DNA of 60,205 bases, counting the filler, from Sphacelaria rigidula (taxonomy: Eukaryota), in assembly GCA_964200075.2 (NCBI GenBank). It is 10 parts of 10 records of this genome, joined end to end, with 100 filler letters (N's around TTAATTAATTAA, not from the genome) between each part and the next. Parts side by side here need not be neighbours in the genome. Positions count along the whole stretch, not along the records: positions 36,186 to 42,115 come from CAXNAA020023404.1; positions 42,216 to 48,145 come from CAXNAA020023405.1; positions 48,246 to 54,175 come from CAXNAA020023406.1; 7 more parts are not named here. One strand, given 5' to 3'. Each line of letters begins with the position of its first letter. Positions within the stretch are counted from its first letter, which is position 1. Positions 37,792 to 50,100 of the stretch are shown piece by piece. The notes below the pieces were generated by a model. The model was not told the DNA's origin. It saw only the letters and a program-made list of their open reading frames with translations, and searched no databases. Made by a program: the position numbers and the translations under genes.

Positions 37792-38207
37792 AGCCTGGAT
37801 CCGTTTTTGAGGTTCAACATTTCAATGAGTTTCAACTCGAAAACAGTGCTTTCCCTGACCTAAAGTCATGACCAATGAAATTCACATGGACGACTCATGC
37901 CCTCCAACCTCCTTAAAAACTATTTTGGGGGGTTGCCCGTCTTCCGTGCCCCCAAAGCGTATGTGCGAAAACACCTTTCCGCCTCGATATCGGGGTGAAA
38001 AAGGGGACATTTTTAGCCCGAAATTGATGCTTCCGCATATTCAGTTTGGGGGCACGGAAGACGGGCAACCCCCCAAAATGGTTTTAAGGAGGTCGGGGGC
38101 ATGAGGTCGTCCATGTGAAATTCATTGGTCATGACTTTAGGTCAGGGAAAGAACTGTTTTCGAGTTTAACTCATAAAAATGTTGAACCTCAAAAACGGAT
38201 CTAGGCT
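37792..38207. repeat. Long inverted repeat (arms about 165 bp), foldback-like
   Basis: 37792-37956 is the near reverse complement of 38045-38207. Confidence 0.88.
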
Positions 38208-38609
38208 CTGCTCTGTTCGTAAGAGATATGTTATGAAGAGATAATGTCATAACTTGATGAAAGAAGAAAACCCTGGATGCTGTCATGAAGATTTCTTGAC
38301 TTGCCTTGAGAATGTCCGCGTCAAGTTTTCGCTCAAGTTTCCTGAAATTGGGTAGGGCATTCCATTTTATGTGTGACACCGCTGCACCCTGTTATCTACC
38401 TGGTATGAGAGGCCTCCGCAATGCGAGAAGACGGCTTAGAATTTTGATTGATACTCTTTTTTGCAGAAATGGGTTCAGCTATTGAGATCGTATATTGTTA
38501 TGCGGTGCAATCTTTTTTTCAGCTGTGTAGAGAGAGTGGTCAGCCTATGGTTTCAAGAGAGAACACATGGGTGTGTTCACTCGAGACACCTAGGCACTTC
38601 GCAATTAAT

Positions 38610-41600
38610 CCCTGTCGCTGACTGCGCGTTAGTAGAAGACGAATCACCCCGTCGTTCCTCTAGAATTCGCCGACCGTCCGTGCGTTTGCAGTTCCCCGGT
38701 GCTGCTCGCGTAGGTACCGTGCCCACAGATCTTCAGATGGATCTTCAACCGCCGGTAAGTCTCACGCCTATTGAAGTCCCGTCGACGGAGCCTACTCCAA
38801 TCACCCGTGCCCCCATCTGCGAGCGGCTGGAAGTGGAAAAAGTGCTCACTGCTGGGGGTGATAGCCCTTCAACTCCGGGGAAAACCGCGGTGGACACGTC
38901 GGCAGTCGAGAAGGCAAATACAGATGTTGACGTCCGCCTTCACGCTGAAACGCCAACAGGAGGAGGACGCCTTTTTGGGACAGGTTATATCGATACTGGG
39001 GGGAGAGGGGGTGCACGGTATGGGTGATGAGGATGGCGAGAGTACGGTGGATGCCGATGGGGTGCAAGGGGGAGAGGAGGTGCCCAGTACGGGTGATACA
39101 GACGGCGAGAGTATGATGAGTGCCCATGAGGTACAGGGGGGAAAGAAGGTGCCCAGTACGAGAGACAAAAACGTGAAGAGTACGGTAAGTGCCGACGCTG
39201 CGGGGAAATACAGTCTGCACGTTCAAGGCGTGGCGTGGTTTACGAAGGACAGCGAGAAACCGTTGCTAGCGATTCCCACCACTATGGGACCGATATCTTG
39301 GCGTTGGTACACACCTTTCATGGCCATGCCGGAGTAGGTGCCATGCTGTCTCTGATTCGCGACCGCTTTCACTGGCCGTCGATGATCAAGGATACGAGGC
39401 AATACGTGCTGTCTTGCAGCTGTAGGAGGACAAAGAGGGCTAGTAGCCGCAAGACTGCAATGACCCCAGGACGAACAGTAGACCCCTGGGAAGAGTGGGA
39501 GCTGGACTTGCTGAGCGTAGACACAGCATCGCTAACGAATAACAAGTATATCCTCTTAATCGTAGATCGAGCCTCTACATTCCCATTCGGTTTTCTCCTC
39601 CAGATGAAGCAGGCTGGAAGTGTAGCCCGCACCCTTGCCGAGCCATGCTTGGCATTCGGCGTACCGCGGAAAATCCACTGTGACGGAGGAAATGAATTTT
39701 GACTCGAGGTTGTAATGCACCCGTGCAGATGGCTGAAAGCAGACATCGCTTTCGGACCCTCCAATCACCTCAGGGGCCAAGGAGCTGTCGAGAGGTTGGG
39801 GGGATGGCTGCTAGACATGTTGGCGGAGCTGTGCAAGTCGTGGTCCCAGAGATGGGACGAGTATGTCTCTCCAGCACTCTGGATCAAGCGTACCCTGCCT
39901 GACGTTTCCCTACCCTCTGACGTGTCCCCGCTCGAGCTCTTGTTCAGCCGTAAACCCCGCACATCTGTACATTCACTTATTTCCCCATCCCTCAGGACGG
40001 AATCTAATTAAGGACTGGATGCGTTCGTCGAGCAGCTCAAGCAGAACCTCATGGAGGTACGTTTGGCGTTGGAGAAGCGGCAGGCCGCATACTAATGACA
40101 GGCCTTAGTGTAGAGGTATAATAGTCCTTCCGGACCGTAAGCGTTGTACACGTAGGATAGCCGTCTCAGAGGTAAAACCCTTCCATGTTCGATCGCCACA
40201 CCTTAGGCACTCCATAGCTGGCGGGTTTGCCCAACACGTATGGAGCGCGGACTGGAAGACAACCATCACACCTCATCAAACCCCGAATTCATCACCTTCG
40301 TACATTGCCGCGAAATCTACTCTAGGACAGGCAAGAAGCATTGGGAATATAAGGCGAGGACTCCGGGGGGGAAGGTGTCGGACTGGTTGCCTGAGAGTAA
40401 GCTTCGAGAGAGTTTTTCTCCTTTAGAACTGGACGCTTTCCACGTACTTTGGCACCTGTACTATCCCGCAGTTCCACCCGAGCCGCCCTCGCACTCGAAG
40501 AAGCACTCCGCTCCCCTGTAGAGCAGTGATGCCTCGAAGACTTCCGGAAGGATTTTGGGGGTAGCAAGGTGAAAGGTCAGATGTATGACTACGGAAGCCG
40601 CTTTTGGCGAGTACGATACGAAGATGGAGACTGGGAGGAGCTATCTCGCCAGGAACTAGAGCGCCTAACGCTGAATAGGGGACACTGAACGCAGACTACA
40701 GTGTGAGCATTTACGAGTAGCCATTGTATGATATGTTATATGATACCATTGCGAGGGGGATGGGGTAACAAAATAAACGAGCAAGTAGCTATACATCGCT
40801 GGCACCGTACATTTCAGTGATGAATTTTGGGTGTTCCCGTCTCTTCTTTTCGTCGTTTTGATATTGTTTACTTCCCATCGGGTAACATACGGGTACATGT
40901 GTGAGCCGAGGCGTGTGGGTTCTATTCCGTGTAATATTGGCGCCAGTAGTTACAGAAGAGCATCCCGCACAGAAGCTGCACTCCTGTAACTATCGATCAG
41001 TTCGTGGAAAGGTTGTTTCCAACGATCCAGCCAGTGCTGGATATGGATAAAGCCCCGCACTACCCCGGAATCCGGTGTAACTGATCCAGGGTGTCGGAGC
41101 GCGATTAGCTAGCTAGCTAGTCGTTCTCCAGTCTAACTGAGATCCCGGAAAAACAACAGTGACCGCACTTGCCTGCCGTTTCTGTCGTTGGAAAGGGCGC
41201 TATAGATTGTTTTTCTTGCTTAGCGGATAACGTTTAACCCTGCTTAACAGGGTCTACCTATCCATCAGATCAGCAATGACTTTCCCACTGCAATGTAGTT
41301 ATGCAGGTTTTCTCGTTTCCCTTTCAGGCGTTGATGCACAGGCTTCGTTTTGTTTCGGCCCTTCCGGTCCTTGAAATATATACATATATGCTGGGAGGAT
41401 GTTCCGGATTTCTCGGTCATTTTCCAGTTGACTAGGCTCTGTGTGTCGTACGTTTGCTATGCTTCGTATCCGGTGGGTCATGTGCCATTTTGGGGTCTGT
41501 ATGAATCCGGTTTGATGTTGGCGCTCACGCTCCCAGAGTCTTTTGGGAACCTATCTCAACCAGTACAACAGCAACTAGCCTGTTCGCCGATTATACAAGA

Positions 41601-41863
41601 AGAATCTACGCCATCCTCGGAAGAGCTTTTCGGAGCTGTCTCTGGTCTTCATCTAAAGCCAGCCTAACTTGCATGCAGCTGATGCTGTTTTAAGCACCCG
41701 CTTGACACACTGCAGGTCGAGATGACTGCATGAACTTTACTTGCACGCATCTATACCATCGAGCTTGGTCGGACCGTGGTATTTGAATGTGTTCGAGCAC
41801 AGCAGTGCTCGGGTGCCCATGGGCTGGCACCCTTCACCTCTAGACGACCACCGATTCGCGACA
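38610..41863 (+). mobile_element. Decayed Ty3/Gypsy LTR retrotransposon, copy 2 (same family as 8279-11962)
   Basis: Frameshifted integrase (HTFHGH..SCSC, ELDLL, HCDGG, GAVERL), WEYKARTPGGKVSDWLPE chromo-like, KGQMYDYGSRFWRVRYEDGDWEELSRQEL Tudor-like, PPT, LTR. Confidence 0.92.
41400..41863 (+). repeat. Gypsy 3' LTR (464 bp), copy 2
   Basis: GGGAGGA|TGTTCCGGATTT ... ATTCGCGACA; homologous to 8279-8738. Confidence 0.78.
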
Positions 41864-41940
41864 GTTGCTAATCAGTATTGTGGTCAGTACACCACATTGT
41901 GGCTGTGGAAACCCGAGTTCAATTCTTGGATTGGTCATCA
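41864..41940 (+). tRNA. Full-length tRNA-His(GUG) copy with CCA-like (TCA) end, probable retrocopy
   Basis: D stem GTAT/GTAC, anticodon arm CCACA-TTGTGGC-TGTGG, T arm CCGAG-TTCAATT-CTTGG, acceptor TGCTAAT/ATTGGTC, then A plus TCA. Confidence 0.8.
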
Positions 41941-42063
41941 TGTCGCGAATCGATGGTCGTCTAGAGGTGAAGGGTGCCAGCTCATGGGCACCCGAGTACT
42001 ACTGTGCTCAAACACATTCAAATACCACGGCCCGACCAAGCTCGATGGTATAGATGAGTCATC
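41941..42063 (-). repeat. Inverted copy of the last ~116 bp of the LTR
   Basis: 41941-42056 is the reverse complement of 41748-41863 with 6 transitions. Confidence 0.92.
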
Positions 42064-42289
42064 CTACGATAGGGGGGGGGGGGATTTGGTTGCACGAAAA
42101 ACGAGGGTCATAAATNNNNNNNNNNNNNNNNNNNNNNNNNNNNNNNNNNNNNNNNNNNNTTAATTAATTAANNNNNNNNNNNNNNNNNNNNNNNNNNNNN
42201 NNNNNNNNNNNNNNNAGGCTCGCCTTTCCAATACCGTCCCTGTTATTCCTTACCAGACATTTTACCAAAATAAAGAAAAAAATAGGTGA

Positions 42290-43639
42290 GATTATTCAAG
42301 GTAGGAAAGACGCCGCGCTGGCGACGTATTGTTTCTTGTAGATGTACAGAAGGTCTATGACACACTATGGAGAAATGGACTGTGGAAAGAGTTGTGGGAA
42401 ACTGGGACCAGAGGAAAGGTGTGGAGAATGGTGAAGATGACAGAATGTGCCAAAAGTGCCATGATGCTAGGCGGGGAAATATCGAAATATTTCGATATTT
42501 TACAAGGAGTTGCACAAGGATGTACGTTATCACCCACTTAATTCAAAGTATTCATTAATGACTTGATACTAGTAATACAGGCAGCAAATCAAGGAGTCAA
42601 GGTGGGTGAATATATGATATCAGGATTGATGTTCGCGGATGATTTTGTGGGGGTTTCAGGAACGGTAGAAATATTACAGAAACAGATGGACAAGGCGCTA
42701 GAATAGACTGGGAAATGGAAAGTGACAGCGAACGTCAACAAATGCGCAGTACTTGTATGTAACGAAGAAAAACTCGGTAAAGTTCAAATAGAAGTGGGGT
42801 GAAGAGGAACTGCCGATCGTAGACCAGTATACATACCTTGGCGTAGAGACCCCAAAAATTTGTCCTTGGGATGGACACAAATAAAATACTGGAAAAGGGT
42901 ATGACACAGATAGGCAGGATGAACGTGGTCCTCAGAGACTCGCACCTAGACACCACGATTAAGATATGTATCCTGATGAACGCGATCGTACCCAAGCTGG
43001 AATATGCAGGAGAAGTATGGGAGGGGAACATAAAGCTGGATAAGAAGTGGAAACAGTACAGATGGTAGCAGCTAAGAAAATACTTAGATGCTTGGAAAAG
43101 ACGAGTAATACAGTTTTGAGAGCAGAGTTGGGAATGTACCCACTTGAAACAGACATAAGAATAACTGAGATGGCAATATAGCGTAAAGAACATATCGAGA
43201 AAGAGATTGCCAGACATAGTTGATAGGGCCGTATGGAAGAATGTAACGAAAGGGCAGGCTGGAATAAAGTGAGATAGAGAAGTCGAGAAGGTGTGGAAGG
43301 AGATAGAGGGAAATCAAGACGAAATCCTGTCCATGGGTGAAGGCACGGGGTACAAGACAAAAGTAAGGGACATGATCGAAGTAAGAAAAAAAAGAGCGCT
43401 CAGACGCAAAGTGGACGAGGAAGAACGCCTGAGAATATACAGGGGGTTGAGATAAGGGATAGGGATGACAAAAAGTGTGAATGATCCAATGGTCGCGGCT
43501 AAAAAATTGAAACTGCGATTTCGGGTGGGGGACCTGGACCTGCCAGAAAGAAGAAATATATTTACCACTAGTCGAGAGAAAGAGGAAATAGATGCACAGA
43601 ATTGCCCCTGTGGCGAAGTAATAGAAAGCAGAACTCATA
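42290..43639 (+). pseudogene. Non-LTR (LINE) retrotransposon reverse transcriptase pseudogene
   Basis: DVQKVYDTLWRNGLW, GVAQGCTLSP, LMFADDFV, PKLEYAGEVW, terminal CPCG..ES..H; many stops and frameshifts; ends at TA|CGAGCTGG, probably another TIR insertion. Confidence 0.92.
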
Positions 43640-43893
43640 CGAGCTGGTTCAGATTGAACGCCCAAAATTCATTCCCCGGGATTTCCTCACCCGTTTTTTC
43701 GAGTTAGACCACGAAAATTTGCACACATATTCTTGAGGGCACTATCTAAAACTCGAAGATCGGGGTTTTATTTTTTATTTTTTGTTGGTGTTGAGATTGT
43801 CGGGATCTGACCCCTACCCCGGTCAAGTAGGTCAACCGCGACCTTGGATAAAAAGCCACCACCAGTTTTTTTTAAAGAAACCCCGGTCTTCGG

Positions 43894-44012
43894 GTGCGTG
43901 CGTGCGTGTGCGTGTGTATGTGCGTGTGCGTGTGTGCGTGTGCGTGTGCGTGTGCGTGTGTGTGTGTACGCGCGCGCACGCGTGCACGTGTGTGTCTGTG
44001 TGAATGTGTGTG
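43894..44012. repeat. (GT/GCGTGT)n microsatellite
   Basis: Seen directly. Confidence 0.9.
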
Positions 44013-44931
44013 TATCTTACGGGTTCAACGGTTACCGCCGGGCCCTTGTGGTCTGAACTCGGATGATGCAACTGAAACTATTCATATCTAGAGCGGAACA
44101 TTGGGGCCTCCAACCCCGGCAGTTGCCTTTAGTTTTCCTCTGGGGAGCATCTATTATCCGTCATCGAAAATGCGGGGACGAGCGTATCAAGGAATGTTCA
44201 TTGACGAGAGTCCACAGGGTGCGAGAGTACTGATCGAATCAGCGGTAGTGCTGTATCGCCATGTAAGGTGTGTGCCGGGAAGACAGACATGGATTGATCC
44301 CCTGGTACCGCGTGCTCATCCTGACGAACAGTAGGGAGTTAACAGTGTACCGAAGAATGAAAATGTAGCCGTAGGCGTGCGTACGTGTATAGTGTTTGTT
44401 TTGGGGGGAAAAAAAAAAATGGACACCCCACGTGCCCTCGCTTTCACAGTTTACTGCCTGCACGAATCGTACCGATAGTAGCAACGTCGGAACATATTTT
44501 TCACCGTTATCAAAATAAACCACGACGTGGTAAAGGCTTCGATTGCTTGATTGACCCCCCAGGGATTCGGGCGTGGTCACATGATGGTAACCGCTTAATT
44601 CGATTTGTACTTGGTCGTTTCCCAAGAATGTGGGCCATGTTTTGAAAGCATGTATGCTGGACATTCTTAGCAAGTCAAAAAGTTTTCTTGGCCCTCTCCT
44701 CCCTTCCGCCGCCTATCTGTACGCCACCGTCATGAGCAGGGATTTCTTGGCGGGTTCGTGTCGACGGTTATGATCGGCCCGCGTTTACGAAGGTGAGGTC
44801 CGCGCGGGTGTGCTTCTGGGGCTTAACCAGGACCAAATTTTGATGTGTAAACTGTCGGATATAAAGGGACGGATTTCTGTGTTGATTGTAAACGGGAACT
44901 CGAGCATGACCAATCAAGGCTCGATGGAAAA

Positions 44932-45176
44932 TTCCAAGGGTGTGTTGGGTAGGGTATTCCCTACGTTTGGGTATTTTGAAAATCGTACCCAAAGCAACCA
45001 AAACGTAAGTAGAATATTGAGATCTTACTCAACAATACCCAGATATTGGGTAGAGTAATGCGATCGTACCTAACTCTACCCAATTTTTGGGCAGATTTTG
45101 GAGATCAGACTATCGCAACACAAAACTCGGGACAGAAAGTACCCGGGTATTCACCCTACCGAACACACCCTTGGAA
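44932..45176. mobile_element. MITE with TIR TTCCAAGGGTGTGTT.GGTAGGGT
   Basis: ttccaagggtgtgttgggtagggt ... accctaccgaacacacccttggaa. Confidence 0.65.
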
Positions 45177-45983
45177 CCTTCACATGCGGTCGGTGGGTGT
45201 TGTTGTCTGTTTGTTGTCGAGAACAAAGTCTTTCAACGTCGCTCTAGCAGATACGTATCCCAGGATGGTAGTCCAGTCGTTGTTGGATGGATCCCAACGG
45301 TACAGTATCGCCCTGCACACGTTTCGTTTGGTTTTCTTGCGTGATCTGTGTCCCGTGCAAGTATTACTACCATGGTGCTTTTCATCCAAAATCTCAAGGC
45401 TGTCGAGGCACATGCATCTATGCGTAATCCCCGTCTCCCCTCTCCCCCTTTCGATAGCACCACATGCCATCCGCCTCCCCCTTCCCTCGGTTGACCGCAT
45501 TGGTGTCGACAGGCGGCGGAATCCTCTGTCTGGTGAGCTGTACATCGTGGACGAGAGCCCCAAGCTGTCCTTGCCACGATTCCGCAAAAGAGCAAAGCCG
45601 CCGTCAGAGCGACGCTGGCCTTGATACGATTGTCGTTATGTTGTGACTGGCTCTAGGAGAAATTATCCTTGCCCACAGGTATCCCCCGCAACAGTACGCT
45701 GGATGAAATCCTTGAAACTGACGAATGTACGCATGTGCTCACATTCGTTTATTTTTTTTTGCGACACCACTTTCCGCTGTGCTGGATCGGCGCGAGTCTT
45801 TCGCTTCTCTTTTTCTCCGATTCACTAGAGTGTCTTCTTTCTGACTCCGCCGACGGTGAGACTGGAGGAGTTACATGGTAGAAGTAGCAGCTCTTTCGTC
45901 CAGAGTGATACATACACACCCCATGTCGAGGTGTCTTCACCAGTTCCTTGAGTATCGTATTTGCCATTTGTTTTCTGCTGTGG

Positions 45984-46504
45984 TTAGGCTTTGTGTTGAA
46001 CATTGCGGGCCACTTCACGCGTTTGGGGGTTTGCCAGGCTAAAATTCATGCCCCGACATTGGGCCAAAGGGGGTAGAATTTTGTCGTCGCACAGCTCGCG
46101 GAGGCTTTTCACACGAGCCTCCAGGTCAATGCCAAGCTTGTTCTTGTCAAAAGCGCTCTTGTCGTTATCGGTGAGCTGGAGACTCGTGTCTCGGCAGTTG
46201 TCCGACATGTACCGGACCTCCACGATTTGCGCTAAATCGTGCGGTAGAGTAGGTTTTAGTAGTGAAGACACCGGCCTCATACCCGGCTGAGGTTTGCCTT
46301 GCATTCAAACAATACTTGCAAAATCATGAGTATTCGGCGAAGTGTTTCTTGCGAGATTCACAGGGCTTGGTCCTCGAACTTACTTTGGTTGTCAAGCAGT
46401 AGTATTGCATCTCGTATCTGTAGTTCGCGTAGCGTAACAGCGGGCGTGCTGGGAGATGGGGAAGGGAGCGGGTTCGGTCGTTCGACTGCGAAGAATCCCT
46501 GTAC
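45984..46504 (-). CDS. Two exons (46504-46384 and 46297-45984) of an unknown protein or pseudogene, 86-bp intron
   Basis: VQGFFAVERPNP...DAILLLDNQ ends phase 1 at A|GTAAGT and joins in frame at gcaAG|GC to KPQPGMRP...LCDDKILPPL. Confidence 0.5.
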
Positions 46505-48257
46505 CTAAACTTTTTTTCGGGGCCATCCCACATTCATGTGATACTCTTCTTTGAGTGTGCCAAGCTTGTTTCGCTCGAATTGTTTGTACAAACCTAGATA
46601 CAAGTTGTAGGTACTCGCACAGTGGGGAATATATATATATATATATATATATATTTTCCCCGGCGAAGGAGTGTTTGTAGAGTGAATGATGGTTTAATTC
46701 TGTCTGCCCTTGCTGAATATACACCCTGGTGAATAACAATTGGGGTTTCGATCACGACAAGCTCTGCGCGTGAACAGCTTGCTAGTTGAAGGGGAGTTCT
46801 GAAGAGCTTGCATAATGCAGGGATCATTTCGACTGTCGCGTGGATCAGGGACATAGGACAGGTCGAGATGTAGCTGACGAATGGTAGTTCGGTTTGCTTA
46901 CCAATCAGTGTTTTGCTTAAGAGGGGAAGGGAAAAATGGCACGCATTTTCCGGATTGGCCGAAGGAAAAGCTCAGGGGATCTGAGTGGCCGATATCCCTT
47001 GATCGACGGCTGACGACAGTCTTGCCCCTTCGGAACGCGGGGAGTTTTGGACATGGCTAACGTCAGGCGGTGAATTTCGATATTGTGGTCAGCCCCTCAT
47101 TGTACATTTCCCAAAAATGTATCGAAGCGTAACTCACCGATCGTAGTACCACGCATTTTTAGGGTACTGGTGTGGACGCTCCGGTGACCGCCCTATTTTG
47201 TTCAGGTTTTTCTTGAGGGTTTCTCATATTTTTTCTGCCAAACAAGGCGTACCTCACGGACCGAAGTGGAACGAAGTTTCCGGATGTTACCATGGTCGCT
47301 AGGATAAATGTTTTTTCCATCCAACTTGGGTCGAGGTGAACGGCTAGTTCTTGTTCTCTTTAAGGCGAGTGGCACAGAAAACCTTCTCCTTAATAACAGA
47401 CACAACTTCGCCCCAACCTCGAAAACCGATATGCCGTGGGGCATAGGTGTTACTGCGACTGAAGGACGCTGCGAGCAGAGGTGGCGCTTGGTGAACACAG
47501 ACTCATCATGACAACCCACGGAATCTTTTTTGGTCGTGGCACATGGGCTGTCGTGGGTGGCTGTAATTTGGGTTCGGGGGCAAGAGGAATAGGTTTAACG
47601 ATTCCGGAAGTTATGTATCAATAGTAATATTTTGTCACGAGCTCTTTTTGAGTGCCCGTGGGATGTGATACACCCAGGACCACGTAGGCGCCCGTGGACG
47701 TCATGATTGATCATTGGCCGTCACCCTTGCCCATGGGAATGTGAGCGGCCAAAACCACTCGCAAGTCACGGTCGTTACTCATGTATCGAAATACATAGGA
47801 ACCTCCGCCGGTTTTCCACCGTAGCCGAGGTAATTCTCGCGTACGAATGTCTGTTTCAAGCTTCGTGATTGATGCCCGTGTACGGTGCCAAAAAATGTGA
47901 ATCTGTATGTTTTATTCAATTTATGCGTGTTCGCACGACGGAGTAATATTGAATTTTTTTAAGGCTTTCTGTACCGGTCTTGGGTTTATTTGCTTGAGTA
48001 GTTTTCCTGCTTCTCTTTTCTCTTTGTCCCCTTCTACATTTTCCCCTCTCCATCTCTCGCTACTTCTCTCCTATCAGTGTTGCAAGGGTCGGACAAATAA
48101 TGAATCGTCTGAAAATTACTTTGGTTTTAGTATGATGAGTCGACTNNNNNNNNNNNNNNNNNNNNNNNNNNNNNNNNNNNNNNNNNNNNTTAATTAATTA
48201 ANNNNNNNNNNNNNNNNNNNNNNNNNNNNNNNNNNNNNNNNNNNNTGTTTTAGTACC

Positions 48258-48579
48258 CCACCTTCCTTCTGCGGTGCTTGCCTTTTTATTCTTTCTCGCG
48301 AGAGGGGTTCAGCAGTCCCTTTCCCTCGTCGACCGTTAACCCTTAGACCGCAAGGGTAGTTCATCTGAATCATGCATACTTTTTTCCAGTAAAATAGGTG
48401 CCGATTCAACAGATGACCTACTCTCGCTGCCTAAGGGTTAAGTCGATTTTTGTGTACCCACGACATAGTCGCTCTCCAATATTGGGTTTGAAAAAAATCC
48501 CAGATCGGTCCGAGAATTGAACCCACGACCTAATTGTCAGAAGGTGTCGAGGTTACCAACTGAGCCTCCGGAGCGACCG
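48258..48579 (-). mobile_element. tRNA-headed SINE carrying a nested MITE
   Basis: Reverse complement of the 20778-21010 SINE sequence. Confidence 0.8.
48340..48437. mobile_element. 98-bp piggyBac-type MITE
   Basis: TTAA|CCCTTAGACCGCAAGGGTAG ... CTACTCTCGCTGCCTAAGGG|TTAA; absent from the other SINE copies. Confidence 0.85.
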
Positions 48580-50056
48580 GCACTGAGAGAGGAAGAACCG
48601 AGAGATGGGAAGATATCGAGGGCGTACTCATTTGTTGCTTGCCTTAGTCGTGTGATCATCGACCAGTAGCCACGGGGAGAGATGGAGAAAGAGTTCGAGA
48701 GGAAAACGGAAGAGACGAATCCCAAGGAGGAAGTAGAATATTTACACGGGTTACTTGATTCCAACAATTTGAAGTGTTCAACTGTTTGAACGCAAAGCAG
48801 TCCATTCGAGTCCATGTATGCCAATGCATCACAAGCCAATTTCGAGTCGGTCATTGTCAGAATATAAGTAAAAAATGATCTGTACGGTTCCTCTAAACAT
48901 AATGAATGGTCTCGAACTCGAAGCGGCCGATGAGCGGATTCACGAGAGAGCCATTCGAACGAAGAAGCTGGAAGAGCTAGGAATAGATCCAAGGCTTTCA
49001 ACGGTGTACAGTGTCAGGGTGGGATAGGGTACAAGTCGGATATCGACACCTCGCGTACTCTGGAATAGAGATTATTTTCGCCGGTCGATATCCTAGGTGC
49101 CGTAAAAGGAATACTGAGTTTCTCTTACGGTCGATACCCCGCACACTCTCAAGTACAAGGTACTCCAGATAGCCTGATAATTGATAGTACCCTGGGGTAC
49201 GAACCGTACTCAAGCATCTTTGGTGTGCTCCACTGATGGAGGGACAGAAAGATGAGAGAAACCCACTGCGCGGATATTCCCGAATTGATATGCAATATAT
49301 CAAATGTACTGGGCAAGAGTGGATTGCAAGCTAGAGTATGTTTGGGTATGAGTGCCTTCAGTAGTCTGGTCTCCCGAGTCTCCTGAGATATCGATACGCT
49401 GGGCACCCTGGAATGCTGAGTACTTTCGCCAGTCGATACACCCTACCGACGCACTTTCGTCGCGATTCATGTATGGAACGAAGAAAAGACGAAAGTAAAT
49501 GCCTTGCTCATTCCGAAATGGATGTTAACCAAGTACAAAAAATGCTAAGGATACGGGGGGTACACAGAACATTGGGAGGGTGTTATTGCTCTTGTTACAC
49601 TGAAGTACAAAGCAGTTTGGCTGTCGATACCCCGGGTACCTACTTGGAATACTGAGTATTCCCGAAAGTCGACCGAAATAAATTCCGAGTAGTTTCGGTG
49701 GTTGATACCCTGCGTGCCCTGGAGTAACCTGCGTTTCCCGGAGCACTGGTTATTCTTGTTGTCCCTAAAACATTTAAGGTACCCCGGGGTGAATACCGTA
49801 CACCAAGCACCGTCGAACAACTCTCATACTTGGTCGATTAAAACTTTACCGGAAGTTTATTGCTTGATTTGAGTGTGAACACCGATATTCGGATCTCTAG
49901 TGGGACTGACAGAGCCACCTGCTTTTATAATAGTGTGAGAAGCACCCATTTTCATCAAAATCGCGCGCCTGCGGCGCCGATTTGAGGTCAGCCAACGCCA
50001 CACCACACGTGAGGAACACGTTGCACCCCCCTCACCCAAGGGTTCTCGCTATGCTT

Positions 50057-50100
50057 TGGGTTGGGGTTAGAGTTAGGGTTAGGGTTAGGGTTGGCGTTAG
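50057..50100 (+). repeat. Short interstitial TTAGGG-like array
   Basis: gttagagttagggttagggttaggg; similar degenerate arrays at 17081-17113 and 51184-51238. Confidence 0.7.

Noticed and set aside
43782..44091. VCVCVC and HTHTHT ORFs
   Set aside because: Microsatellite translation.
50057..50100. True telomere
   Set aside because: Only a few degenerate internal units, not at a scaffold end.
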